NCBI RefSeq assembly: GCF_009914755.1
Contig: NC_060933.1
Length of the DNA: 64,000 bases
Direction: 5' to 3' (one strand)
Source of the DNA: the human T2T-CHM13v2.0 reference genome, Homo sapiens
Translations under genes and position numbers: made by a program
In this document: positions 1 to 14,101 of the stretch, in pieces
Position numbering within the stretch: the first letter of the stretch is position 1
Layout: every line of letters starts with the position of its first letter
Notes under the pieces: model-generated
Database searches by the model: none
Seen by the model: only the letters and a program-made list of their open reading frames with translations
Told to the model about the DNA's origin: nothing

Positions 1-1059
1 AGCTGAAATGAAGATATTAATTCTTATCTCATAAGCAACTGGAAAAATACAAATAATATTTATGAAGTAAATAATTATGATTCAGTAAGTGTCTTAATAA
101 ATAATGAGGGCAAAAAACCAACACTATAAAGAACATTCTGATTTAAACTGATTGAAGGGTCTTTAGAAAATATTTAAGGACTGAACAAAAACAAATTCAA
201 TAAAAATATAAGAAATAGCCATTTAGGAATTAAGCGAGGGAAGAATGGCACAAAAGGGAAAGCTCGTGATCAGTTTGCAGCTGAGCTGTCACTGCTGAGT
301 GTTAGTGACTTGAGTCACAGTCATCAATAAGGCAGACTATTTGGTGCATGCCTGAGATAGAGGCAAGGTACAATCAAGACAAACAAGACATCCATCATGT
401 TTTCAATACCCAGAGACTCTATGCTGTAAGTTACCTCTGTCTCAAACTGCAAGGATAAAAAGCTTAACAGCTCTAGGAGAAAATATTGCCACATGTGGAA
501 ATGGTTTAGGAAAAAGACTCCACTTGCTGGAGGCATTGGCAAAATGCTTGCAACTCATGCAGATGAGGAACAAGAAGAAGGTAGGGAAGTCTTAAAAATG
601 GAAACTGTAGCAAGATGAAAAGAATTCAGGATAATGCATTGGAAAACAAAGAGGGTTTGTCTTTTGATGAAAAGCATGAACTCTGCACATATTAAAAAAA
701 AAAAAAAAAAGGCTTATGGGACCTTCAAAATGGACCCAGCGAGCCTAGTGCCTGGAAACCCTAACTTGCTAACACTGTTGTCCACCAAACACAGCTTTAT
801 GAGTAAGTGGATTAACTATATAGCCAATGAAGAGGAACATGAAGGAGAATTTGTCTGAGTTTTTTTATTCCTTCTAATATCATGCTAATATATTAGAAAG
901 CTCCATAGATGGGGGTAGCATTGCAAGATAAGGGTAATTAACTGAATTATATTATATCTTATATATATTTATCTTTCTCTTAAATCTATATTCAAATTCC
1001 CGTGCAATTTTTTATCTCCCAGCACCCATTTTAGATGTTAAGTAATGTTACACAAAAGT

Positions 1060-1700
1060 TAATTAATTAATTTATTTAACCACTAGGGATTTCTCTGTGC
1101 CAGAGACTGTACCAGGACCCCAGGCAATGAGTAGTCACTCAAAGAAGCAGGAAGCCTTTTTTATTGAATTTAATGATCATGACAGATATTTGTCCAATAA
1201 ATGCAGAATAGTGTAATTTGAAATTTCATTTTATTTGAAGAATAGATAGGAAGATGTAAGGGCTAAAGCAAAGGAATCTGATCAAGTATCAGGGCATATG
1301 GCATGCAAATGGAGAAGAGATGTGTGATGAGGAGTTAAATTGGTGAAGATATGAAGTGGAATGAAATTCTAGACAGGAGGCTGGGCAGGCCTAATACCCT
1401 GATATTGGGGGAAACATTCTAGGTAGAACCTAATGCAGATAGTACAGGTAGTAACAAGAAGAACATTTGCAGATGAGCCATCCTTCAGGGGCTTACAGGT
1501 CATGAGGTCTAAGTAAGGTGTTTGAGCATTAGCTAAATAACTGGCAAATGGTTTTAAGCAGAAAGGTAGCATGACTGGACTATAGCTGCACTTGATGAAG
1601 GTCGTTCTGACTTGACAGGCAAATGGATAAAGAAAGCTTGGGGTTGCGGTGGGGTCATCAGTAATATTGTCAGTAAGAATGCTTAGGAGATTCTTAGACT
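1060..1700. mobile_element. Old LINE2-like fragment
   Basis: Degenerate L2-like phrases (tgtgccagagactgtacc, ggttttaagcag...agcatgact); boundaries approximate. Confidence 0.5.
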
Positions 1701-1789
1701 AGAGTGATGCTCATGGCTATGCACATCCTTTTCTTCATTTCCCCAAGCTTTGAACATTGAGTAACCCAGACATGCATCCAGTGCCCTCT

Positions 1790-2218
1790 TTTCTTCTTTT
1801 TGTATGCTCACTATATGGGCACTCCTCAAGTATCATGGTTTAAAAATCATCTAGAACCTGATTTTTCCAAATTCATGTCTCTGTCTTGAACCTAACACTT
1901 GAACTCCTGAAATTACCTCCATTTTAACTTCCAATATGCATTTAAAATTTAACATGTCCAATTCAATTCTTGATTTGGAAACCTCCATATTTGGTCTTCC
2001 TACACTTTTTCTACCTGAGTAACTGGGAACTTTATTTTCCAAGTTGCTCAGCCAATATTGTTAGTAGACTAATCTCTTTCTCACAACCTGTATCAAATTC
2101 ATCAGCAAATCTCATTGTCAGTAAATGCACAATCCAATCTCATTTTGCCATCTTCACTTCCAACACCCTAGCAAAAGCCATTAAATTAATTATTTACACT
2201 TTGATTATTTTAATAGAT

Positions 2219-2254
<36 letters not shown>

Positions 2255-2684
2255 CGGAGTCTTGCTCTGTCACCAGGCTGGAGGGCAGTGGCAGATCTCG
2301 GCTCACTGCAACTTCTGCCTCCCCGGGTTCAAGCGATTCTCCTGCCTCAGCCTCCTGAGTAGCTGAGACTACAGGCGTGTGCCACCACGCCCACCTAAGT
2401 TTTGTATTTTTAGTAGAAATGGGGTTTCACCATGTTGGCCAGAATGGTCTCGATCGCTTGACCTCATGATCTGCCCGCCTCAGCCTCCCAAAGTGCTGGG
2501 ATTACAGCCGTGAGCTGCTGCGCCTGGCCGATAGCTTCTTAAAGTAATCTCAATTTTTCTCATTTGCGCCACTAAATTCTATCTCAACAAAAAGACTCTA
2601 AGTCATACAATATGATATCTTTTCTCTTCTCAAAACCCTCCAGTACCTTTATAATATATTCCTAATGGAATCCAATATTCTTAT
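1790..2684. mobile_element. LINE2-like fragment interrupted by an Alu; continues ~3262-3530
   Basis: L2-like motifs (aaatttaacatgtccaa, ttctcaaaaccctccagt, cctcaggacctttg). Confidence 0.5.
2221..2529 (-). mobile_element. Full-length AluS (AluSc-like)
   Basis: Poly-T, both Alu arms, ends ...cgcctggcc; approximate TSD ATAGATTC/ATAGCTTC. Confidence 0.97.
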
Positions 2685-3261
2685 TGTGGCAACTTATATT
2701 TCCAAAATGTGTCTGCAACAGCACTTACCATTTCACATGCTCTTCAGTAATATGATCTTGCCTCTTCTCCATTAAGAGATTGAGTTTATCTCTACATTCC
2801 TTTGCTTCTGAGTGGCTTTGTGACTGCTTTGACAAATAGAATATGGCAGAAGTGTTGCTGTGTCAGTTCTAGACACAGCCTTAACTAAATTGGCAACTTC
2901 TCTTTCTTGCTGCTTGGAATGCTCAAATTTAAAATTTATTCTTGGGACGCTGTCTCTTAAAAACCCAGGCCCCATTTTATAATAAGCTCAAGACACATAA
3001 ATAAGCCACATATGGGCTCTTTGTTTGACAGCCCTAAATAAGCATCTAACAGATAACCAACACCAACTCAGACAAGTGACGTGGACATAAAGCCCCATTG
3101 AATCCTCAGATGACTGCAGACCTAGCTGACATCTGACTGTATGTCCTAAGAAACTACAAGCAAGAACCTCACCCTCAGTTGACTCAGCTTACGGGATCAG
3201 AGGAGCTAATAATAAATTATTTTAGGTAATTTGTTGATAAATCATAACAGATAACAGAATA
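2685..3261 (+). mobile_element. MLT1 (MaLR) solo LTR, MLT1G/H-like
   Basis: TGTGG start, gactgctttgac..atagaatatggcagaagtg, ends ..agataacagaata; approximate 5-bp TSD CTTAT/TTTAT. Confidence 0.75.
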
Positions 3262-3536
3262 TTTATCATGACCTACAAAACCTTACTTTATATGGCCCAT
3301 CGATAACTCCACGATTTCATCTCATCATTTTTCTCCTTATTTACTCCATTCCAATCACACATCAGACTGCCCTCCTTAACATTCCTTAGACATGCCGAGC
3401 ATCTGTTTTTACCTCAGGACCTTTGAATTTGCTCTTCTCTAATTATAAGCTTTCCTTCAGATAGTTATTTTTATGGCTGGCTTCTCTACCCTTTTCACTG
3501 ATCTGTTCAGATGTCGCCTTATTTAAAAACTTTTCC

Positions 3537-3853
3537 GGCCTGGTGGGGTGGCTCATGCCTGTAATCCCAGGACTTTGGGAGGCTGAGGTTGGTGGATCAC
3601 CAGAGGTCAGGAGTTTGAGACCAGCCTTGCCAACATGGTGAAACCCCATCTTTACTAAAAATACAAAAATTAGCCAGGCGTAGTGGCACGTGCCTGTAAT
3701 CCCAGCTACTTGGGAGGCCAAGGCCTGAGAATCGCTTGAACGTTGGAGGCAGAGTTTGCAGTGAGCCAAGATCATGCCACTACACTGCAGCCTGGGTGAT
3801 AGAGCGAGACTCCGTCTCAAACAAACAAACAAAAAATAAAAAATAAAAAAAAA
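3537..3853 (+). mobile_element. Full-length AluS (AluSx-like)
   Basis: GGCC start, dimer, (CAAA)/(TAAAA) tail; approximate TSD AAAACTTTTCC/AAACACTTTCC. Confidence 0.97.
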
Positions 3854-3959
3854 CACTTTCCTTAACCAATCTTAAAAGAACAACAACAAAAAATAGGTCC
3901 ATTTATCTCCAGCACTCCCTTTGCTTTTTGCTTCTTAATTTGTTTTAGCCTTCCTTTTC

Positions 3960-4210
3960 TCCCCAGCTTTATTGGAGTATACTTGACAAATAAAAATTGT
4001 TACGTTTTTAATGTGTGCAATGTGATGTTTTGCTTTTTGGTAGTGAAAACACTTAAGGTCTACTCTCTTAGCAGATTTCAAGTATATAATACGGTGTTAT
4101 TCACTGTAGTCACCATGATGCATATTAAATCTCCAGAAATTATTCATCTTGCAAAAATAAAACTTTTTACCCTTTGACCAACATCTCCCCATTTTCCCCA
4201 CTGCCCAGGT
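3960..4210 (-). mobile_element. L1MA 3' end fragment
   Basis: ctactctcttagcagatttcaagtatataatac...tttgaccaacatctcccc resembles the L1MA 3'UTR. Confidence 0.8.
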
Positions 4211-4269
4211 TTATCCTTTTTATAGGGCTTATTTTTATATACCATGTTATATTTTCCTTTGCTTGTCGT

Positions 4270-4500
4270 TATTAATTCTTTATGCACTAAAATGCAAGTA
4301 CTATGAAGGCAGAACCATTTTGTTTTACGTTTTTACTGCTGTAGCTCTAGCACCTGAAAAACTAAGCTGGCAGCTCAATACTAATTTTTTTGATGAGCAA
4401 ATTAATATTAATTGAGGATGGTTGGATAAATGGAAAGATAAGTGGATGGATGATGAATGAATGGGTACATGGATAGATGGATGAATGAATGAATATGAAG
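4270..4500. mobile_element. L2 3' end with degenerate (GGAT/GAAT)n tail
   Basis: gcaagtactatgaaggcag...ctctagcacctg followed by ggatggatgaatgaatg repeats. Confidence 0.6.
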
Positions 4501-5370
4501 TAGTGGTAAGAAAATGGTAAATTACACGATTTCATCTTAAAAAGCCATTAGACAAAATGATAGCATTTTACTGAATTCTAGTGGTTCTTACTCCATGCTT
4601 GATATTCTTTTTACATTCAGACAAGTATTTCTGTAGTTAAATAGATGACCACATTGAGATTTTATAAACTAATGTACTGACACTTGTAAAGAGCAAGGAC
4701 TGACACAGCTTATCACTTAGAAGAGGTAAGTTTTAATAGGAGAGAGAGAGAGAAATGTGAGTACCCTGGGCATAGCTTCCCAGGAAACCTGCCTCAAATT
4801 ATTCCATGACCAAAGGAAAAAGACTAGGTGACTATGATGCAAAATGAAATATTTGGTGGAAGATACCGGAAGGCTTTCAAACAGATTGGGAGCGGTGCCA
4901 AAAATGGCAAAAAATATCATATTTTGAACAGTGAAGCCATTATGTCCAGAAAGGTTGAATGAAACAGATTATTTTCATGTATAGAATCAAACTCAATATC
5001 TGGAACACAAAAGTCTTGATTTATCTTTTTGTGCCTCCAACGCCAGGCAATTAGTTGAAACAAAAATCAATTTGCTGAGAGCTGGGCTTTGACTCAAAGA
5101 AACCACAAGTTTTGGCTTGGTAGTTGTAGCTGTATTCACTCTGTTGCTAGGAAAATCAGGAGAAACAACAAGTGATGCAAAAGGCTTCCAAGGTTTTCTG
5201 TCCCTTGCATTTTCTTTACAAAAACAAATGGTCTTCATCTTTCTGTTGTTGTTGCTTGGTTTTGATTTGTTTTGTTTTTTGTTCAGTCAGCATTGTGTTC
5301 TTAAGCTACAGAACTCTTTTTTCTCTTGAGAAGCCAAAACAAACATCCTTGTAAGGTGTTATTTTAGATT

Positions 5371-5397
5371 TGTGTGTGTGTGTGTGTGTGTGTGTGT
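5371..5397. repeat. (TG)n microsatellite
   Basis: Read directly. Confidence 0.95.
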
Positions 5398-5759
5398 TTA
5401 CATAATAGTGCTTTTTGACTTTTGGAATTCTGGGGATTTTAAGAAAAAAGCAAATGCAAAATATAAAATGACTTATACATTATTACCAAGAATAGTATTT
5501 ATTGTCACATTTTATAAATATTTCATTGCCTGCCACAAGCTTTTAAGGTTGGCATGATTTCCGAGGACTTCAGTTCAAAATTTAGGTAGGGCTCCAAAAT
5601 TCAGAGAAAATGTCTGTAATTATACAGCTCATGGTCATATTTCTTTCATAAAAAATAAAGTTAACTCTTACTTCTTTTTAGTGACACTTATCTGCAATTA
5701 GTACATAGACACTAAATAGTTTATGTTGCTTTATGTAGTAAGTAAGGTCTGTACAACAA

Positions 5760-5960
5760 AATACAGTGGCAATAACAGATTCGGTAACTAGGTAAACCTG
5801 AATTAGCAGCCCATATCTACCACTTACTAGCTGTATTCCCTTGGGAGTGTTACTTTTAGTTTTCTCATTTGTAAAATGGAGATAACATTGTATATCCTCT
5901 GGAATTATTAAGATTAATGACATGTCGAATGCTTAGCACAGTACATGCCACACAGTTCTC
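5760..5960. mobile_element. MIR
   Basis: MIR core: ccacttactagctgt...tttctcatttgtaaaatggagataac...gcttagcacagt. Confidence 0.8.
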
Positions 5961-7687
5961 AGTTATTATTCTTAAAAGTCAATTCTGTTTCTGCATACTA
6001 TTCATGCTTATGATTCCAAATAAATAATAGTTCATACGTGCATTCCACTGCAATTCTTTGTTTGTTTCTTAAGGCCTTCAAAGAATTGCTTTTATATACA
6101 AGGACATAGAAATCTGCATTAAAATAAGAATCAGCAAGGCATGAGGTTTTCGCTAAGAGATGAAGGTCATGGGTTTTTCTTTTAGCACAGATTTAAGAGA
6201 AACAGCTCTAAGCCAGAAAAGAACTCCACTGCTTTCCCCTCTGCTTTGAGTTTAGAGGCAGGCAAGCTTGTAATACAGAACCCTGTGCACCACAGGGTTG
6301 GTTTGGCAGGCAAGCCATTTGCTATTTCTGAAGCATATATGTTGCTTTCTGTTTCTAACATGCCAGAGGCTCTTCTCATTGCCAAAATTTCTCCTTTGTC
6401 AGGCTCCATAGGAAACTGATGTAGTCCATGCTCAAAAGACATCCAATAAAAAGCTATGAAGCTGCCACTGATTCACATCTCCACTGGAGGGGGAAAAAAA
6501 AAGTAGTTGCAGGATGTCAGGTCAGTCTTAAAAAGTTGTGCTTATGTTATTACAAAAGGCTAAGAATTCAGCTTTTAAAATATCCCTCTAGGGATGGTAG
6601 CTCTGTGAAGGAATGGAAGATGCCATTGAAAAAAAGGCTACTATCTCTGTCTTGCTTTTTTAATCCCTTTATAGTTTTCCTGAAAGGTAATATCATGCCG
6701 TTGTGAGATCTTCTGGCAGAATGTGGGTTTCCGTTTGTGATTTATCATCAATCATTTTATCCCAATAAATAAGAGCAGATAGGGTTCCATTTCCCACCCC
6801 CACGAAAAGACCACAGACACATCCATTTTAACAACTCCACATGTAAAAGCCTGGAAAGCAACAGTACTCCAATAAATCATTATCTTTACTGTGAAAACAT
6901 TTCAGTGCTCATGAGCCTGATCTTATCAAAGCAGTATGTAGAAGTTTACGAATTGTTCATGGCCATTTTTTCTTCATATTTGGGAGGAAAATGCAACCAC
7001 ACTTTCTAAATGTGTTTTGTGTTAGTTACTGTACAGGAAAATCTGCTACAATAAAAATATTTCAAAATGCTGAGGTTTAAATGAGATTGGAAAATATTTC
7101 TCTTTTATTAAGAGTCCATGGGTGAGAAGACTACAGTGGCAGGGGCCCACACCCTTCTGTCTTCCTCCCCTGCCATTGCCCAGGGTGTCAGACACACCTG
7201 TGCTGCTGAAGCTGGAAGCCCCCATGATTGGGTTCCAATAACATAGGGTAGGAAAAGGTACACCAGAGAAAACATTTATGTCCATAAAACTAGGAAGTTA
7301 CCTCCATCGTTTTCACTCACACCCCTTCTTGCCCTAACTTATTCACATCTTCTCAGCAAGGTGCAGTGGAGTCTGGGAAATAAAATATCTGGTGGACAGC
7401 CACATTCTCAGCCAAATCCTGATCAGGAAATAAGAAATGAATGTTGGATTACTGAAAATAAAATATGAGAATGGGTATTGTTGGATATTCGACCGTCTCT
7501 ACTGTGACTATGGTCTGGGAGACTATGCTAGAAATTTTCCCCTGGGAAATTTAGTTGCAGTCCTAGGAATATCTGCTTGCAGAATATCAAGTTGCCTTAG
7601 TCTGGAATGTTGAAGGTGGCAAACTTTTGGATTAATGAGCTGACAAACTATAGGGGTTTGATATGCTTCTTACCAAGTTTCCTCTTA

Positions 7688-7720
7688 CACACACACACAT
7701 ACACACACGCACATGCACAC
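7688..7720. repeat. Imperfect (CA)n
   Basis: Read directly. Confidence 0.9.
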
Positions 7721-9116
7721 GATGAGGATGGGGAGAAAAAAAAGGTTTGTGCTGATGTAACTAACTAAAGAAAAAAAAAAGAACATAGGTAAATTTTCAA
7801 TCAGATTTTAAATAAATGCCATTGTTAGTGGAGATGGATTTAAAAGTATTAAAAGTATATCTATGAACCACGTCATATGCAACTGCAGTCATATGAAGGA
7901 GAATAGGTAACCAAAAACAAAACAGAAAGAATTACGTGCCCTTAACATACTACATTCAACTACAGTCTTAACAAACCAGAACAGATGCCAAAAAAAGAAA
8001 AAAGAAGAAAAGACTATAATAACCCATCTGACTTTGCCAAAGTGAGAACTAGATGCAAAAATGATGAGGGGGAAAAAAAAAAAGCAGCTCTCCCTCAAGT
8101 GCAGAGAAGTTACAATTTTATCCAGGCAGAGTGAAAAATTCTATCCCCAGCCTTTGACAACAGCTCTTTCTCACTTGCACTGAGAGACTCTGCCAGCCTG
8201 CGTCACTGCAGGGAATAGGCATGTGCAGTGCTTCCTCCCTCCCTGGAGTGCTTACACATCTTAGGAAAGCACTGAGAAAAGTGCCAAGACAAGGCTTACC
8301 ATGCTAAGAATGGGGGTGTTCATGAACTATAGTGTTAAAAGGAGAACTTCAAACTGCACCGGACTCTATAGTTCAATAAAAAAATCCAAAGGGATAGGAG
8401 AAGATAAGACCTAATTTCAGGCCCATAAAACATCATCAAAGAACTTTGAACATAATTTGCAAGTTGACCGACGAGTAAGGATTTTATTTATCAACCTGAC
8501 CCTCTTGAAATCTGGAAGGAGAGTTACTAGCGCCCACATGGATGGTGATAATTATGTATATGAACTAGTTTTGAACTGGACAGATCTTCTGAACTCAAAC
8601 ATAAAAACAGAAGCAACAACAAGCCTATTAATAGAAGCTATAGAAAAGGGTATGATGCCTTGATGATTTTGAAGATGTACATATCTTTAGAAAAAGTCTC
8701 TATTAATACCATTAGGGAGCTACAAAGAAAGAGCACCTTGAATTAAAAACAGAGATACACTGAGAATTGACAGGAAGGTGGGAAAGGAGGAAGGGAGGAA
8801 GAAACAGAAGAGAGAAAACTTAAAATACAAAATAAACATTAAAATCTTTGGAGGCTATGAAAGTTTGAGATAGATAAAATGACCACTTAGATAACACATT
8901 TAATATTTTTACTCAACATGCACAGGAAATTTTTTAAAGAGAAAAATAATAGATAAATAATTTTTAAAAGGTGACAGGCATTCAATCTAACAGGAAGATT
9001 ACAGAAATTCTATCAAAGACTTACCAGTTTTCAGTGGAAGAAACCATGAATAATAGAAATAAAGCAATAATTACAAATAACTAACATATAATGTTAATTA
9101 TTTACCACTTACAAAG

Positions 9117-9528
9117 TGTCATAGTCCATTCTTGCTGCTCTAAAAAATATACCTGAGACTGCATAATTTATAAAAAACTAAAATTTATTTCATGTAGTTC
9201 TAGAGCTTAGGAAGTTTAAGATCAAGGCACTGGCACGTTTGGTGTCTGGTGGGGCCGCTCTATCAATGGTGTCCTTGTGGCAACTTCCCCACATGTGGAA
9301 GAGATGGAAGGGCAAAAGTGATGAACACCGTGTCCTAACATGGCAGAAGAGATAAAATGGGGCTAAACTCATCCCCTCAAACTCTTTTGTAAATCACTAA
9401 TCCCATCCATGAGGACAGAGCCCTGGTCTCCTAATTACCTCCTGAAGACCCCACTTCTTAATACCGTTACATTGGACATTAAGTTTAACATGACTTTTGG
9501 AGACAACACAAACATTCAAACCACAGCA
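9117..9528 (-). mobile_element. MST/MLT1A-type MaLR solo LTR
   Basis: tgtcatagtccatt..tgctgct...cattcaaaccacagca; approximate TSD CAAAG/CTAAG. Confidence 0.85.
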
Positions 9529-10362
9529 CTAAGTATCTACCATTATCTCATTTAATCTCCAGGAAAATCTGATTAAATATATTCTTACCTCTATTTAATA
9601 ATTGATGAGAAGAAGTTTGCACAGAATTTTAAATAACTGATCAGTCAGTAGGTGGCAGACCCTGCAAATCTCCTCTGTCCACTTCTAGGGGTGATGAACT
9701 TTATCTCTGCTTCACTTGACTTCATTATGGAAATGAAGAAAAATCTGAGTCTAACATTTGAAAGGGTTTTGTGCATTCCAGTGGAAAATAAAAATAAAAA
9801 GCAGATCTCTGTAGATATATCCTAGGGCTGGAAGATGTTTGAATTTCAACAAGCAGAAAAAAAATCCTGAAGGCATTTATAAAGAAAAAAAAAAATAGGT
9901 TAGCTACAAATAAAAAAAAAAAGACTGCTTTCAGAAGTCTGTTTCTTGACATGAAACACAAAGAAGACACTGGAATTTTGAGGGGTAAAGTTTAGGATCT
10001 AAGAGGTCCCTGCCTGAACAAGTTGTCATTCATATGTAAAAAACTCAGAAAAAAATGCTCAGTTACACAAGGACTCTGGAAATACTCTCCCCTTTGTAAG
10101 AAGATTATTGCAAGAGCTAATGTAACTGACAAAATGTCAAACAAAATAAAGTATCTGAGTGGGAAAGCTGTTGTGACAGAGTAGGCTTAAAACAATGGAT
10201 TGAGAACATGAATTAATGTGAACTATCTCTCCATGTTTAAAGGGCAGTGACATGAAGTTAACCTGCTTTCGCTCTTAGACCTTTTCCTGGTTCTCCCAGA
10301 TTAGTATTTTCATTGTTTTCTCCAGCTCTATGATGGTAGTTCGGCAACAAGCTCAAAATACA

Positions 10363-10399
10363 TGATAGATAGATAGATAGACAGACAGATAGATAGATA
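10363..10399. repeat. Compound (GATA)n(GACA)n microsatellite
   Basis: Read directly. Confidence 0.9.
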
Positions 10400-11560
10400 A
10401 ATTTAGTAAGGCATTGAATTTCCTTACCTGAGTACTAAACTAGGCTCTCAACTATGTGAATTCCCATTTTTACTTTGAATGTTTATAAGAAATTCTTCTT
10501 TGTATGCATCATATATTAACTATGGTTTCAAATCATCAGGATCCTTGAATTCATATAGGGGCTTTAAAACACTATTTATTTGATAGGTATCAAGTGCCAG
10601 GAAATCAATGGACCAGACCTCTAAAAACTGCCCTCCATGAAAACAATTATTTTTGACTTGGATTTGAAAGTTTTTGAAACTGTAGATGCTCTCCATTAGT
10701 CCTTCTTGATGATGTTAATCATGTCTGGAATGAGATGTATGTTGTTTGGTGAAGGCTGGTAGTTGGAGAGAGGAGGCTGACAGTGGGGAAGACCGAGCAA
10801 TCTATATGCAGTACAAGGTGAAAATACATACACATGAATTGTACAATTTTGCTTCTTGCTATTGAGTGTGAGAACTGGAATGGTCCTATGTCATTGCCAG
10901 ACATCATAAGAACAATGAATTTTCCTGAAGTTCTCTAGCCATACTGATCACTATTCTTCTGTCATTCACTAGAATGCAGAACACGTCACGACTATTAATG
11001 TAGCAGTGAATGGTCTGGCATTGGGTGAGGGAGGTAAAATAAGTAAATGGTATAAAATGACTGACAATGAGTACTAAAGGTGCATATTAAAATTACTGTA
11101 TCGTTTATGTGCAAAATAATATTTACTTATTGATTATAAACTGAATGGAAAAATAATTTTAAAGATTTCATAGGGTATATAAAATTCTAGAATTCAAATT
11201 AATAAAATTCTCATAATCTAGGTCTATAATTGACTAGACCTGTGTTAACTTAGTCTTAGAAATAAGGAAGGTATTAGCAGAAGAAATAAGGCTAAGTACA
11301 TTATTTTGAAAAGGATAACTTTACATTGTCTTTAATCATTAGCGATACATAGATATAAGTTTGTATTTAATATACTGAAAGACAGTTATGGCTAGTTTAC
11401 AAAACATTTGTAACTTTCACGTAACCTACATGAAACACCAGAAAACAAAACATAGTTTCTCTGAAGAAAGTCAAAAGAGAAGGAAGTGGGAAAAATAGTA
11501 TAAGATGAGAAAAATGATTGACAAACCACTTGTGACTATTAAAAATAAATGTAAAAGGGT

Positions 11561-12035
11561 TAACAATGTTGGAATTTTCCCCAGTCCTGTTCTCCAGGAA
11601 AATAGCACCAGTTAAGAAATCCCTGATCATTTTATAAAAATGGTTTATAGCAAAGATCCGCCTTTCCCCACATAACTTAGATAACAGTCTAAGTTATCTT
11701 TCCCCATACAATTTAGATAACAGTATGACCCCCTTGTAGTCCATGACAAGGCCAGATATAGACCCTTTAAATTCCCATTGTTTATCTCATAAATGATTAG
11801 CTGAACTATTTATCCTCAAAACTATCTAGACATGGATATAAATATGTACTGGTTGGTTAAAAACCACCTGTCACCTGTAAAAGCACACCACCTATAACTT
11901 CTCTGTTACCCTCTGTAAAGTCAAAGGCAAAACCAACTTGTGAGACACCCTCATCTTTGGATCAGGGGTTCTATTCCTGTTGCAGCAGCCTGAATAAGAT
12001 CAAGCCCCCTTAGTTGTTTGTTTTTTGTCTTTGTA
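11561..12035 (+). mobile_element. 5' LTR of the provirus
   Basis: Shares with the 3' LTR: acaatgtt..aatttt, agttaagaaatccct, atgacaaggccag, tatctcataaat, cctataacttctct, ttttttgtctttg. Confidence 0.85.
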
Positions 12036-12053
12036 TTGTACCGTAACCTGGAT
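12036..12053 (+). other. Degenerate retroviral primer-binding site (tRNA-His/Phe-like)
   Basis: TTGTACCGTAACCTGGAT vs His PBS TGGTGCCGTGACTCGGAT (13/18), immediately after the LTR. Confidence 0.55.
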
Positions 12054-13002
12054 GGGACTGGAAGTCCACCTCTGGACCCCCATCTTCTCCCCTCAGTCAC
12101 TGAGGCCTCTCCAGCTAGTTGTGCCCCACAATTTGGGCATCCCACAATGAAACCAGTGCCTGAGTCCTGTGCTCCGGACATTGTTCATGACAACATGGTA
12201 AGATTGGATGGTAATTCTTTGTTTTACTGCTCTTTTGGTTTGGTTGCCAGCTTTTGTTTAACCTTATTACTACAGGAAACTCCAATGCACACCTTGACCC
12301 CCTTCAAAATCCCTGTGAATTATGTGTTTTGCCATTATAGCAACAATTCAGTTCATTATCTCCATTTGGCATAGTTTTACTAAGGATTGTGTCTCTCACC
12401 ACCAGTAAACTCCTCCTGCTCCTTCTTTATCTTCAGCAAACTCACACAATTTCCTCACTCGAAACCATCCTTGAATACCATCACTGCCATTTTTCTTACC
12501 AACTATTCCTCCTTATTCTGTATCTTTCTTTGTTCACTTTTGGACCTTACTCCTCCTCTTTACCCTACGCTGGTTCCATTAAATTCCCCTGCTTCCCAGT
12601 TTTCCATTCCAACCCATATTACTGGCTTTTCCCTACCTGTAATGAAAAAATCAATGACCTGAATACCCGTATGAACAAGTACACTTTAAGCCTTTGTCTC
12701 GCTTAGATTGACATAGTACTGTCAAAGACTTTAAAGACACCTGTAACAACAGGGAAGAATTTAGTGACAATTCAGTCTGGTCAACAGCACATGTTCTCCC
12801 AGGCTCCACTGATTTATATCCACTTGTGCAGCGCTTGTGGGCCTGGGAAATGGACTATCAAAAAAGTCAGAACAGTCCTGAGGCTTACATGCAGGCTAAA
12901 GCCATAGGAGGAACAACTTACTAGACAAAGATGCAAAATGTCATAAGATGGAGAGATGAATCCAGCGTTAATTACATATATAGATTAGAATATGTTTCAA
13001 AG

Positions 13003-13350
<348 letters not shown>

Positions 13351-14101
13351 TTACCTCTGCCATTGGTGTTAGGTTTCTTAAGATCTTACAACAAAAATTA
13401 CAGATATTATTTAAAAACGTAATGTAAAGTGGTGGAAGACTACTATCTCTGAAATACACACTAGCTCAAAACCCTAAGGGCTCCATTGCAGAAAAAGCCA
13501 AATCAACGCAATGCAAACTCATGGCTTTATAATTCAAACAATTAGAAGAAAAGGTGCTAGAACAATCTGCTCCCTAAAAAAATCATTTTATGTAGGGACA
13601 CTTGCAGATGGTATAAAGAAACATAGAACCTGGCCTTAAGATGCAAAAGGGAGCAAGAGTCAAAAATTCATCTGTCCAGTGATATTCCTTCACACAACCA
13701 TTACCCTTGTGCAAAAGGAGATGCAAAAATCATCCCATGAATGGATTCCCGTTCATCTTCCCAGTGAACACAAAAGCAAACTTTCCTCCTATTCTCCACC
13801 CACCCTCACTTGGAGCAGGCAAACCATACCTGTGGTGGGACTCGATCTACCTTATGACTTGAGTTTGTCTAAACAATCTTTTGTCTCAGTAGGACTTCTC
13901 ATTAACCTGTAGAGTTTTATGCTTAATTTCACTCATCCAGTAAACCTAGGAAAATATATTATTTCCAATTGGAATATCAGTATTCTTTGTTTTCTTCAAC
14001 TTCCCTGACTCTCTACCTATGCTCCTTTGCACTTGAATGATTCTTATTAGCCATGAGGCAATGCTTGCTCTTGTCAACACATTCTATCCATCCCTTTAGT
14101 G

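Noticed and set aside
1970-3856. 130-137 aa ORFs (also those at 13063-13422 and 53862-54164)
   Set aside because: Alu-derived open frames.
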